Below are positions 35,774 to 48,460 of a DNA stretch of 64,000 bases, piece by piece. A program made the position numbers and the translations under genes. The notes below the pieces were generated by a model. It saw only the letters and a program-made list of their open reading frames with translations, was not told the DNA's origin and ran no database searches. This stretch comes from Vitrella brassicaformis CCMP3155 (Eukaryota > Protista > Chromerida): assembly GCA_001179505.1 (NCBI GenBank), contig CDMY01000269.1, forward strand, positions 1-64,000. The letters are read 5' to 3'. Positions within the stretch are counted from its first letter, which is position 1, and the number at the start of each line of letters is the position of its first letter.

Positions 35774-36071
35774 GTCAGTCACCCTCCAACACAACACACC
35801 AAGCACGTGGCGCGGCGTGGCGCTTGCGGTGCGCATGGTGGATGGATCGCATGGGTGCGCGTGATGTGATGCGACACTCTTGCGTGTGCGTGAATGGTCG
35901 TGGCTGGATGCGTGGACTGATGCGGGCGGACACTGCATGCTTCAGGCTCGTCGTGCATCATCATACCGTTTGAATGACTGACATGTGAGTGAGGGACAGC
36001 AGACGGTCCAATCAAAAGCCAACCCCCACCAACACGTAGACGCCACACACCGCACACCGCACACGACATTT

Positions 36072-39000
36072 CTAGGCAGGTTTCTTCGGTATCCTCGGGT
36101 ACTGCCCCCCTCCGCCCCGCCCTCCCGCTCCCTTCCTCCGCAGCACACTCGCCTTGAGCGACACGGCATCCGTCACGGCAGAGAGCCGCTCGACGCCGGG
36201 GAGCTCTCGGAACTCGCGCGTGGCCGTGTCGTACCTGAAGAAGCGGTCGGCCATGCCGTTCTCCAGAGTGGCGGGGCAGTTGAACCGAGCCAACACCTGC
36301 GGGGAGACAGAGACAGACAGACGGATGGCTTCTTCCTTGTTTGGTTGATGGATCGTATGTGTGTGTCTCACGCGTATGAGTTGCTGTCCGTCGTAGGCGT
36401 AGAGTGCCCTGAAGTCGTGTCGCCCCAGTGATCCGTTGAAGACTATGACAAAGGCGTCGAAGCGCTTCAGCTCGCCATCGAACTTCTGCAGCACCTCCTC
36501 ACGCACAGGACGATTCGGCTCACCTGACACGAGCCGGCCAATGGATCGCACAGAAATCATGACACACACACAACACACATGACGCCCATTCTTCTTCATT
36601 TCTGGTTCGCTCACCTGCCAAGCACACGTTCTGCAGGGCGTTTCGTATGAGCTTCCTGTTGCACGCCCGGCCAATCGACACTGCTGGGGGTGGAGCAGGT
36701 GGTGCTGCCCGCCGACTCTCAGGTCCTTCCTCTCCCTCTCTCTCTGGAAATGACTCCCGCTGCTGCTGCTGCTGCTGCTGCACACGCACAGGCGACACTG
36801 CTTGTGCCATGGGTGGCACAGCTGAGAGATGTGAATGTGCCTCGCCATCGTCCGGCCGCCCCATCGCCCCTGCCCCCTTCAGATGTATGGCTGCGTAGCC
36901 ACGCCTCTCGACCCAGAAGGGGTCTTCCACCACCGGCACTCCTGGGGAGTCGATAGTGTGTGGACGCGGGAGGGGCGGGAGAGGCGGCAGAGATGGCACG
37001 TGGTGCCGGATTGGTGGAGGGCGCGTGTCTGGCAGGGGTCCTGACTCGGATGCGGTGCGACGATGGACCAGTCTGGGAAGCGCGACGGGCGGCTGGGGCT
37101 GGGGTGGTTCTTGTGGTGTGTCGGCTGAGGTCTTGTGCTGTCTGTATTGGCGGCGCTTGAGGAACAGCTGCCGCTGCCGCGCACGCCGCCTCTCAATACG
37201 CAACCTGAGCGAAGACAGAAGGAACACCTTTTGTGTGTGTGTGCGCCCGGCTGCGTGCCTGCCTCTGTCACACTCACTCACCTGTCCTCTGCCGTCAGGT
37301 CGTCCATCATGTCGACCTCGATGACCACGCCACTGCTCGCCTTTGGCCCCTCCTGCCCCTGCCCTTTCCTCTCACCCTCACCCTCAACCCACGCCTCCCT
37401 CCGTCCAATCGGCAGCCCCGCCCCCACCCACATGTGCTCATCGGGGACGGGGTCAGGAGCGGTCGACGCAACCGAAGTCTTGTCGTCATCAACATCGGCG
37501 CGAGCCGCCGCTTGGCCTCCGCGGTGCACGATGCGCTCACGGATGGGGCTGATGATGCGTCTGTCCACGTGATGGGGTGCGGTAAAGGGCCTCTCGTAAA
37601 GGGTGGGGATCGTTGGGGGCATGAGGCCCATGTCGTCAGAGAGGGGGAGAGGCAGCCGCGAGAAGCGGGTGATGCGGCCCTCGTCTTGAAGCTCGTCGTC
37701 TTCCCTCTCGCCGTCGACGGACCATTCCTCCTCCATTGCTGGCACATGAATCGGGTAGCCCCCAGCGATTCCCGCTCCAAGTGGATAACGCTCGACATGG
37801 CTGTTGAAAGGGGGGATGTCCGCCGCTGCCGCAGCTGCCCGTGTGTGGGCCTCCTCACCGACCGGCCACACATCGAAGGGCGCCTCGTCAAAGCCAACGG
37901 GGTCAGGGACAAGAGGCACGGCTGGCGGCACACGAGGTAGAGGTGGGACGGGCGGCCTGTCGTGAGGCAGAGAGATGGATGGCACCGGCACCGCACTGGC
38001 GGCCGGCGGCGGCCTTCTCTCCCTCTGACGCACCCCCTCCTTCCTGACGCTCCGCTTCTGGTTGGTTCCTGCCTGTGGTGGGTGCGGGTGGATGGGCTCT
38101 CTCCTGACGAGCTGCACGCGCCTTTGCGAAGAGACTCGGTCTTCATTGCCGACCCGCCTGTCGATGTTGACCACAGTGCGCGTGGTGTCCGCCTTGGCAG
38201 CATCCGCAGCTAAAGGGGGCTCGGCCGCAGCCTCTCTATCGACAATAGGTGGGGGCACCTTGAGGCTTGCAGGGTCGCCTAGCGCGGGCGTGCCGTCGTC
38301 CTCGACCGTGCCAGCCATCCGCAATGAACGGCCCCTGTCCCGAATAAAGTCGATGTGGGATGGGCGGATGGTGAGGCCGGCAGGGAGGGGGGGAGGAGGG
38401 GGGTTTGGTGGGGGAAAAGACGGGGACGAGCTGAATGACGACACGCCAGGTGCGTCTGGACCATCGGCTGTGAATGGCGCGGCAGAGAGGGAGAACAAGG
38501 GCGGCCTTGCACCTGTATCGTCGTCAGCAGCCGCCACATCGTCACGCGTCTGAGACGAGACCTCCTCTCCACCGTCACCCGACGAGCCGGCGAGCTGGGA
38601 GGAGAGCAGCCCTCGTCGCTCCTCATCGTCGCCATGCATTCCGTCGGCACCACTGGCCTCCTGCTGGGCATCCACAAACGGCTCGAACTCGACACCGCCG
38701 TCCTCGTCACTGTCCTCGAAGAAATCTCCTCCTTGCTCCTCACCAGCACCCTCTTTGCCGGTGTCTTGTGGTGCGGCTGACTCAGAATCGATTGCCTCCT
38801 CGTCTTCATCGGCCATCTGCTGCTCACCATCGACAGCCCCGTCGTCTGCTTCGATTGCCTCCTCGACCACGCCAGCGGTGTCTGGCTGCCCGGCGGCTGC
38901 CTCCATCTGCGGACGGGCGGACTCTCCATCCTGCCCGGGCCAATCGACGGGAGGGCTGGACGGCGACTGGTCTCCTTGATCGTCAACGGGTGGCTCAGAC

Positions 39001-41498
39001 GGCTCCTCCAGATCGATGACAGCACCACGAGACGCATCATCAGCATCCACAGGCTCCTCCTCGACGACGATGGACTCCTCAATCGCCTGCCCATCCAGCT
39101 GGCTCTCCTGCCCAGCACCATCGCCCTGGTCGTCATCGGTGTCTTCGTGCGCCTCCTCCCACACGCCCTCGCCCTCCCCGTCGCCATCGGGGGTGACGGG
39201 CATCTCAGAATTGGTGACCACAGCCACACCAGGGATAATTGAGTCGCACGAGTCGTAGTACCCCTCCTCGTTGCGATCGTCGTTCTCCCCGCCGCTGCTG
39301 CTGATGTCCTCCGCCGCACCAGCCTCCTTGCCATCGTTATCGCCATCGCCAGGCCTTTCTGTGCCGTCTGCTTGGCTGTCTTCTTGTGGCGGTTCTGGTG
39401 TCTGGTCGACGAGGAGAGGTTGCATGAGCATCGGGGGCGGGGGCGGGAGGGAGCGGGGCAGCACGAAGGGCCGTGAGGGGGAGCATGGCACCGCGTCACC
39501 GCTGAAGGTGGGAGTGTCCTCACCCTCTTCACCATGCAACGGCTGCTGCTCGAGCCCCGGTCCCTTCTCATCTTCTACAGAGGGGGTGTCTCTTGGCTGT
39601 GGCATGGCTTCTGCTGTGTCGGCGGTGGCGATGGCGAGAGTGTGGTCGTCCCCGTCAGACTCGACAGTTGGATCCACTTGCTCCTGTGGCGGTTCATCTG
39701 CCGTCTGCGCATCGCTGTTCGTCCCCTCCACCTCATCCATCTCCTGCTCTTCAACAGCGTCATCCCCCACATCCTCTTCAAGCTCCTCCTGGACCACTGG
39801 TGGCTCCTCCAGTGGTGCAGCATCGGGTGACGCCACTGCGGCATCCTCGTCGTGCGTCACTTCTGTTGCTGCCGGCGACGGTGTGACATGAATGTCCTCG
39901 ACCTGCTCTTGTTCAACAGAGGCGACGGCGTCGTCATCCTCAACGCCGGCTCCTGCCAACGGCGCCTGGCCGACAGTCCACTCGCGCCGCTCACAGATGG
40001 CGGCATCAGCCGTCTCAAGGTCTGCTAGGGGCGGTGGAGGGCCCAGGGTGGCTTTGTCGTCGTCCTCCTGGAAAGAGGTCGACGGCTGCTGAGGCAGCTC
40101 AGACTCAGAGGCCACAGTGGGCAGCCGGCCCGTCGAGTGGCGGGGGTCGATGGCGTCACGCCTCACCAATGTGTCGCCATGGTGGTCCTCCTTCCTGCCC
40201 TTGAGGAACGCCTGCAACTCCGCTATGATGGCCGTCACCTGTGGATCGTCACCATCCGCCGCGTGTGCGTGGGACCGGCTCATGGGCAGCAGAGCCATAT
40301 CGCCTCCATCGCCATTGTCATCGTCTTCTCTGGCTTGTCTTGTCAGCTCGTTGGTGAGGGTGAGCTGATGGAGGGGCGAGGGGGGCATGGGACTGACGTA
40401 CCTCCGCCGCAGGGCAGCTGCCTGTGCGGCCACCTGCTCACGCATGGCGTCGGCATTCACCTCCACTGTCCACAGCTCGTCGGCCCTCAGGTCAGCCAGA
40501 GAAGAGCAGAAACCGCCCCGATCCTCCTCCACACGCAATGCTGGCTCAGGCTCCACACGCACAGGCTGCTGGGGCCAACAAGTGTCCGATGAAGCCGCCG
40601 CTGCCGCTGCCGTGTGCCATGGCTCGGGAATCAGCCCGTCGACCGACACCCCCATTCCACCATCGCTCTCATCCGCACCAGCAAAGCGGGGCGTGTGCGG
40701 CCGCATAGGTCCATGGTGAGCACCAGTCGTCACACCATCGTCTTCGCGCAGGAAGTGAAGCAGGGAGCTGAATGAGGGCCGGTCTGGTGACACCGAAAGG
40801 CTGTCGGGCTCTGTCTGTGGCGTCGTGGGACGAACACGCGGCTGCGTCCGGTAGGAGATGGGCGAGGAAGGTGACAATGGCGACGTTGACTGGGGCAGGA
40901 CAGGAGGGGCAGCAGAGAGGGGGCGGGGAGATGCGGTGAGTGAAGTGCCCTGACAAACGACATGACACGACACACATCGATGGCCATAAACAGACGACAT
41001 ATGTGTGCATCGATTGATGGCTGTCTCGTTCAGCCCATCGCTCACCATGACGCTGAGCGGCCGGTCGAGTGACTTGGTGACCCTGCTCTCAACTCCCGCC
41101 ATAACATCCCTCCGCAGCAGTCGCCTCTCCCTGCTCTGACTCACATACTTGTCCCGCCCCAGCCTCGCCTCGAAGGAAGAGGGGCCGCCACGGCCCCTCT
41201 GCGACACCAGGCCGGCAATGGATGACGCCCATCTCGGCTGCTGCACGGCCGGGGGGACATCTGGTGGTGGTACTGGAGGCTTGCCGAACGCGCGCACTAT
41301 GCGATCGAGGCGCCTCACGGGCTCGGCGGAGTGGGAGGGGGGCGAGGGACGGGTGAGGCGGGTGCCTTCGAGATGCTTCACTGGCGACCGCAGGGCTGCA
41401 CACATCCATGCAGCAAGACGGTCATGCTCGCTCACGATTGTGTGTGCATCATCAGGTGGCTGGCTTACTGGCGTGCATCCTGAGGAGGTCTTGATCAA
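36072..41498 (-). CDS. Large CAMSAP/Patronin-like protein with C-terminal CKK domain and very long acidic disordered region; start codon uncertain
   Basis: 3' exons give NRKLIRNALQNVCLAG-EPNRPVREEVL...FVIVF...DFRALYAYD...FFRYDTATREFRELP...LSAVTDAVSL, matching the CKK pattern (NxxIIxNAIxxxCLAG, FRALY, YKYxSxxKxF, SxxxDA). A 1406-aa ORF lies upstream. Confidence 0.8.
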
Positions 41499-42057
41499 GC
41501 CTCTCTATAGCCTCCTTCTCTGCCTGTATCCGCCGCAGCTGCTGCGACACCCGACTACTGTCACTGCCCGAGGAACGAACAAAAAAGAGGAAGAGAGCAG
41601 AGAATCCCATGCACCCCCCTCATTCCAGGCACGTGTGAATCCGCTTTGCTGTCGACTTGCCTTTGCAGTGGCATGGCGGTTGTGTGCGGTCGGGACAGAG
41701 AAAGGCCTTCAATGGCAAGCCCTGCACACAATCCAGGACAATCCAGTCAATGAAATCAACGGCAGAGAGGCCAAGTTGAGCGCGAGAGGCGTGTCGGTCT
41801 TGTGTGCGCACCAGACGAGGAGACTCTGTGACTCATTTCGTCTCAGTCTCAGGTTTCTCCAGCGGACATCAATGAGATGTGTCCTCTATGAATGTGCTTT
41901 CCATCCTCCTTCCTCAGACGGGAGGGGGAGGAGGAAGGAAGAACGGGAGATGCAAGAGCCAATAAGCTCGCAAAATTGGGCTAGGGTGCTCCCAAACCCG
42001 CTGCGACGGAAGACAGGTTTTCCCGTGTTAGGCGCTGTGAGCAGCAGCAGCGGCAGC

Positions 42058-42854
42058 ATGCCCATGGCGACTCTTGCCCTTGGTGTCCCCCACACGACGC
42101 GGACTGACAACAGCGTCACATGCGAGTATGCGCAGCAGGTGGCGTGTGACGCATCCCTCCTCTGGGAGAAACTCGAGGAAAAGACTGAGGCGCCGGTAGG
42201 AGGCACATCCAATCCACCAAACACGACTTTCCCCGGGGCATCTGTGCTCACTTTGATCTGCACACATGTGCGCTTGTCTGGTCGCAGGAGAAGACGTAAG
42301 CCATGCCGACGAGCAAATGATGGACTCCCGCATCCATCCTTGCTCACCGGCGTGTCTTTTCTTTCCTCTCTTGTGTGTCGTACGTTATTGGACAGGCTGC
42401 CGGTGAGTGACGTGCAGGTGCTGAGCAGGGAAGGCAACACGCTGGTGCGGAGCATGCGGCTGGGCGGCGGACTGCCCATCAAGGAAAAGATCACCATCGA
42501 CGAACCCAACAAGATCATCACATTCGGTACGCCCTCCACGCACCTAGACCCCCCCACACACACGAGGCAGCACATGCACCCATGTTTCCTCCATCCGTGT
42601 GTGTTGCGATTGCAGCCATGGCTGAGGACTCCCCCGACATCAAGGGCCAGGTGACCAACGCCATGACGCCTGCTCCCAGCGGCAAGCCGACCGAGTGGAT
42701 ACTGACATACAAGCTCGAGTGGACGGCCAAGAGCGACGCCGGCAAGAAGCAGATCGAGAACTACCAGCCCGAGTCGCTGCAGATGGGCGTTGAGAAGATG
42801 AAGGAGATCTGCGAGAGCTGGCAGGCGCAGGCGATGCAGGGAATGGTCGGCTGA
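42058..42854 (+). CDS. SRPBCC/Bet v1-fold protein, DUF1857-like, 3 exons
   Basis: LLWEKLEEKTEAP...VSDVQVLSREGNTLVRSMRLGGG...EKITIDEPNKIITF followed by beta strands and a C-terminal helix, which resembles DUF1857/polyketide-cyclase-like proteins. Assignment from recalled pattern, not from a search. Confidence 0.65.
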
Positions 42855-43410
42855 TGGATCGAAACATGGGCTTTTTGATGGATGGATGGATGGCGCGGGA
42901 CGGCGCAGCCACCTGCGTGTGTTTTTGTCGCGTGCATGCGTGAGTGTCTGTCTGTCTGCCTGTCTGTGACGTGACGGGTGCGGAGATCAAAAGGATGGTC
43001 GAGCACTCAGGTTTTGGAGATGCCGTGTCGTGCTGCTGGCATGTTTTGGTCTGGCTGATTTTCTTTATTCATTGATTCACTCTGTCTGTGACTGTGTCCA
43101 CGTTTCTGATGCCATGGGGCGGGCATGTTTCTATGTTGTGTGTGGACTATCTATCGCTCCTGTGAGTCGGGTGCTATTGTCTCTGATGGACAGGAAGCTC
43201 TCATCGGTTCAGGACGACTGACGAGGGCATCCTGTCCAGCATCGGCATGAGCACCCAACACAGAGAAGAACTGTCGAGTTGTCTCGAAGCTTCCATCGAG
43301 AACACCGATCTTCATTCAACAACACTCGTCTCGACGATCATCCTTCCTGAATCGCCTTTCCCGAGCTTGAGCATCAGAAAGCCCACGGCTTTCATTGATT
43401 AATCTTATCA

Positions 43411-46400
43411 ATGTTGTCCCGTTTGAAGAGCTGCAAGAGCTTTCGTGTTGCTGGTGCCGCCTCCCCCCCGGCAGCACGGCCGGCCAGGAAGCCCGAGAAC
43501 CAGCCTCCCCCACGCACCATACCGCTGCCCCGACTGGACCTGCCCACGTGTGTGTCACTGAGGGGAGGCGAGAAGGACTCGAATGACCTCGGTGTCGATG
43601 CCATCAAACGATTGCAATGCCTGGGGGTTGACCTCTGGTACGAAATTATCCCAGCTCTCGCATGCCCCACGAGTGTTCGGTGGGTGCTGTTGTTGCGTGT
43701 ATGTGGTTCAGTTCGTTCCGGTCTTTGCTGGAGCTTCGAGATGAGATTGAGAGGCTGACGCTGCTCAGAAACGCATACAAGCTGCAGCACGGCATCCCTG
43801 TCAGCGGCACCACGACCACAGATGATGCGGCTTCTCGCCCCTTGTGCAGGCCCCAGCGGCACTGCAAGGGCTCTATCCAGACCATTGGCGCGTACTTCGG
43901 CTACCAGCTGAGCAACATGGTGCAGCGGCTCAACTACGTGCTCAACGACGAGCAGAATGTGGCATTGGTGGAGCTGGGTGGGCGGAGGCGGAAGCCCGTG
44001 CTCCCGTCGCTCGCCACAGGGGTTGGGGCAGACGTCGACACAGAGCAGGGGATGGCCGACGAGTTTATGGCGGCGAGTGATGCCATTGAGGAGATGCTCG
44101 ACGTCGCTGACAACGCGCTTTGTAAGTGTGGGACACATGCGCGAATTGAGCCATGACATCGTTTCTCCGTCTGTATTTGTTGTATGTGTGTTTGTGGTCT
44201 GTGCAACAGGTGCTTTGCTGGGTTTGGAGAGCGGGAGGCGGATGACCATGCGGATGTCCGGTGCACCAGTCCCCACAAGACGGTGTGAGCCATGAAAACA
44301 CGCACCAGCAGCAAAAGAGTCGATCAGACGAACGGACATTTCCTGTCTGCTGGCTGACACACAATGGCTGCAGCAACTGTAGCGAGACGGAGGATGAGCG
44401 TGGCCCCACCCCAATCGGGACGTCAGCGGCGGCAGGCAGTTGCGCAGGAGCCTGATGAGGACAGAAACCCGCTGAGGGCACTCAAGACACAAATGACCAT
44501 GGGGGTAGGGAGACATCATCAAATCCATTCAATGACAGACATGATTATGGTTGTGCGTGCAGGAGAAGCTGAAGGTGTGGCAGTTCTACCGCACCCTCGA
44601 TTCGTGTCTGATGGAGCCGGTGCTGGAAATTGGGCTCTCAAGTAAACATATAGCCTGCCGGCTTGAGCAACAACTTGATTCCCCTGCGGATCTGTCAGTC
44701 TCCCCTTCGCGACGAAAATCGCGGCGCCGCAAGCCAAGGCCGCAGTCAGCCGTAATCTACATGCTTATGCTAAAACCTGCCTGCATCGGCTCGCAGCAAA
44801 GACTGTTTCGATTCTTGCAGCCTCCTCTTCGGTCAGGGGCTCCAGCCTCGTTCCGCGATCGTGATCATCACGCGCTTCCCCCGACACACATCCGGTGCGA
44901 GGCGGCGAGGCAGCGCAGAGAGGCCATCGATGAGGAGCGGACGGGGCAGCTTCGGTCGGACATGGAGACTCGCGACTTGCGGTCCAAGACGGTGCTGTAT
45001 CGAGGCAGCGCACTGTATGCGGCAGAGCAGCGCGTGCAGCTGCTCATGAGGCGGAAGTGGATGACCGTTCTTACTGTTGCCGCCTTTTCTGCCAAGGCAC
45101 ATGTAAGGGGGAGACTTGGCCTGTGCGTGTGTGCATCGGGATGGATGGATGGATGGTGTCTTGGCCGGGTGTGCGTGCAGGAGAAGGTCGAGTGGTTGCG
45201 TCTCGTGAGGAATGTCACCCTGCTGCAGTCCAAGTACCTGATGCTGATGGCGAGGAGGCGGTTCCTCCGCCGACGGGCGGCCAGGCGCAACCTCCGCTTC
45301 CTCATCGCCGTGACCCGTGTGGTCAGGCAGCTCATCCGCTGGAGAAGGCGGAGAGCCTTCATCCAGAGGATCGTCATGTTCCTCAAGAACTCAAAGGTGG
45401 AGAGGGGTTGGCGCGCCTTGCAGTACTGCGCAATGCACATCAAAGCCATCCGCACACTCCAGCACAACCTCCCCATCGCCGTCTTGAGCTACAAGAGGGT
45501 CAGCGCCCGACTCGTCGAGCGCTTCACCCGCATCGAGCAATCCTTCATCCTGTCGCTCCTCGGCCGCAGCCAACAAAAACAACAGCCAGACACCAGCCCG
45601 CACCGAGGCAGCAAATCACCCAAGAAACGAGACACGACAGGCCCCTCCCAACTTGGCTTTGACGCCGCACTCTCCCCCAGCAAGAGGCCATCAGGCGGGT
45701 CGCCGCGCAGTAAGGGCAGCCCGACGAGACGGAGGGAAAGCGATGAAGACTCAGCCTCCAGCTCACCGAGGAAGGGCGGCAAGCGGCGGTCGACGAAGAA
45801 GACCATGGGGGCGGCGCCGGAGGGGGAGACTGATGAGGTTCTGGCGGCTGGTGATGATGACGTCTACATGAGAGAGCGAATCGACCCGTAACTCACTCAG
45901 CCAGTACAAGGCAGGAGGACGGATCGATACTCGATGGCTGAGTGTGTGTGCGTGTGCGTGTGGGTGCGTGTGGGTGTCGGTGTGGGTGCAGAGAGCTTCG
46001 AGATGAGCTGCTGCGGGAGAAGGCTAAGGAGAACCTTAAGACATTTGAGTAAGCGACATTTCGAATGGGTGTGCAAGGAAAAAAGTGACTTGAGTCGTCT
46101 CCGGTGTGTGAGTGCAGCTACGACATGCGCACATGGAGGGCGAAAGTGACCCTTTGGCGAACAAACGTGCTGGTAGCCAAAGACAGAGAGACAGTGACAT
46201 GGTAGATGGGTGCATGCGTGTGTGTGTGTGTGTGTGTCGTATCGCATCGACCAGTCGATGGCTGCCCTCGCGAGCAAGATACCTCAAGACGCTGCCGACA
46301 TACTCTCCCCATCTGTCAGGGCGCCGCCGCCCCTCAAGATGCCCAAGCCCCCACGAAACATCAGAGACTTCTCCGACGAAGACCTCAAGGCACTGGTATG

Positions 46401-46618
46401 GTATTGTAGTGTTTGTAAGCTTGCTGTGTCCATCCCATCCATGTCTTGACGGCTCTGCCTGCGCGTTGCCTGTGCACCAGGTGCAGAAGGGGAGGACGAT
46501 CCAAAAAGAGCGGCGGTCACTCGCCTCGCTCACCGGCCGCCGACCAAGCGGGAAAGCAGCGAGTCGGCAGCCCGTCAGCAAGGCCGGACAGAAGAGAGGC
46601 TCAGCAGGGAAGGTTTGA
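43411..46618 (+). CDS. Hypothetical basic, helical protein with an IQ-like segment, multi-exon
   Basis: Frame-consistent exons from MLSRLKSCKSF... to ...GSAGKV*. Segment VTLLQSKYLMLMARRRFLRRR resembles an IQ motif. Confidence 0.6.
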
Positions 46619-46764
46619 TGTCTGTTCTGGTGACCGGACGGATGGCCGTTCGTCGGTGAAATGTAGCAATGGGTCGCAGTCACTCAGTTGCTTACATTCA
46701 CATCACATCACACGTGCCTGCCTGCCTGCCCAATGCTTCACGCACTGTATTAAATGCTGCAAGA

Positions 46765-47457
46765 CTAGTCGCCCACTCCCAATACAAACAGATGAATCCT
46801 CCCGTCTTGATACTCCCTGCCCCTCTCATCCAGCACAAGGTGCTCCTTCTGCCGCAGACCCGCACCTCTCACCGCACCGACGAACACGTCAGCGTGCACG
46901 TCAAACCTCAGCCGATGCGCCGCTACCAGTACTCTCCCTGTGCCGTCCGTCTTCACCAATCGGCTGACCGTGTCAATCAAGGGCCCACAGACACTCCCGT
47001 CCACTCCATAAATGACGTCCGCAGCCAAAACCACGTCGAAGGCATCACGCCACTGCTCCGGCACTCCCTCGCCCCATATGAGCCTCTCACACTCGACCAC
47101 ATCGTTAATGGCATTCTCCCTTGCCAATGCCACCACCGCTGCATCACCGTCAGTCAGCAGCACGTGAGCAGCGCCCAGTCGCCTTGCAGCAATCCCAACC
47201 AGGCCAATGCCACATCCCAACTCAGCCACCCTCTTCCCGCGGACAAAGTACTGGTGCTCGATAAGGAAATGCGCCAGTGCGGTAGCGGCTGGCCACAGGA
47301 CCTTGCCGATGACGCTGACCTGGCCCTCGTCAGCTGGGAGGCACTGCAGGGAGATGGGGCCGCCCGGCAGAGATGGGTTGGTGAATGTGAAGCGCTCCAA
47401 AGATGTCTGGGGGAAGAAGAGGTGCTGCAGGGAGTCAGAGGAGCCGCCCGTCGCCAT
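46765..47457 (-). CDS. METTL21/Methyltransf_16-like protein lysine methyltransferase, intronless
   Basis: GKVLWPAATAL, GKRVAELGCGIGLVG (motif I), VLLTDG, LIWG and FDVVLAADVIY (DxxY). Confidence 0.9.
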   Translation of the reverse strand: MATGGSSDSLQHLFFPQTSLERFTFTNPSLPGGPISLQCLPADEGQVSVIGKVLWPAATALAHFLIEHQYFVRGKRVAELGCGIGLVGIAARRLGAAHVLLTDGDAAVVALARENAINDVVECERLIWGEGVPEQWRDAFDVVLAADVIYGVDGSVCGPLIDTVSRLVKTDGTGRVLVAAHRLRFDVHADVFVGAVRGAGLRQKEHLVLDERGREYQDGRIHLFVLGVGD

Positions 47458-47689
47458 GGCTGCAGACACACAAACACACGAACGCGCACAGATCTGGGAG
47501 TGCAAGTTTGTATCACTCCGTGTTGACTGACCAGTCAGAGAGATCTTTGTCGTTTCTTCACTCAGGCATCTCAGGCGTCACCCCTGCCGCAGATAACAGA
47601 CAAGACTTGCGCATGCTCCCAGGCCGCGATCCATCTGCGAGCTACTCCAGCATTCCACTCGAGATCTCGCGTGCTGCAGCTTTCCCTCG

Positions 47690-48460
47690 ATGGACGCAAG
47701 AGCAGTGCTTTTCATTTTGGTCTCGGCCGTGCTCTCCTGCATCACTGTTGGATCAGCACTCGTGCAGAGCCAATCAAATATGCTTGGCCTTGCGGCATCC
47801 CCTGCTTTCCTCCTCCCGAACATCCCACACTCACGGGGCCCCCTCCACCACTATCAGCCGACGGTGAAGCTTCGACGGCGGATCATCCACTCAACTTCGG
47901 CAGCGGAAGGTCGTCATCGCAGTCAGCACCTCCAGCTGCTCGTAGGCACAGAAGACGAGCTCCCCGTGTTCAGCGCCTGCGGGCCTTCCACAAGGACGTG
48001 GTCTCCATTCACAACAACGCCTGAGGACCACGTCACGCGCATCACTGACAGCGTCTACTCCGCCGGGCAGCTATCGGCAGATGTTGTCAACAACATCCTC
48101 TCCCACCATCGGCCTCGGATGATGTCCATCATCAACGTGCGGCAGACTAACGAGGCCGGGTTCCGGGACGACACGGCGCTGTGCGAGTCCAAGGGCTGTG
48201 AGTACTTCATCTACCCCATCAGCCCGCCAGAGTGGAGCAAGGAAAGGGTGGATGGAATACTCTCGATCGTTGACGAGGCTCCCAAGCCGGTGCTGGTGCA
48301 CTGCGGCGGCAACGTGCGTGCAGCAGCCATCGCTCTGCTGCACGAGATGCGTCAGGGGCGGCTGGACAAGGCGCAGGCCATATCGCAGGCGGAGGCCATC
48401 CACCCCATCGCCGCCAAGCTGGTCGTCAAGTACCTGGAGGCGTGGTCACCGAGAAGATGA
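47690..48460 (+). CDS. DUF442/BLH-like phosphatase-fold (putative sulfurtransferase) protein with bipartite plastid-type leader, intronless
   Basis: Signal MDARAVLFILVSAVLSCITVGSA plus a basic Ser/His-rich transit-like region; VYSAGQL, IINVR and PKPVLVHCGGNVRA (CX4R as in DUF442, not the CX5R of PTPs). Confidence 0.75.
   Translation: MDARAVLFILVSAVLSCITVGSALVQSQSNMLGLAASPAFLLPNIPHSRGPLHHYQPTVKLRRRIIHSTSAAEGRHRSQHLQLLVGTEDELPVFSACGPSTRTWSPFTTTPEDHVTRITDSVYSAGQLSADVVNNILSHHRPRMMSIINVRQTNEAGFRDDTALCESKGCEYFIYPISPPEWSKERVDGILSIVDEAPKPVLVHCGGNVRAAAIALLHEMRQGRLDKAQAISQAEAIHPIAAKLVVKYLEAWSPRR

Noticed and set aside
41149-42654. 501-aa plus-strand ORF
   Set aside because: A chance read-through spanning the antisense CKK 5' end, the promoter and the DUF1857 exons and introns. 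Only the part from 42058 is credible.
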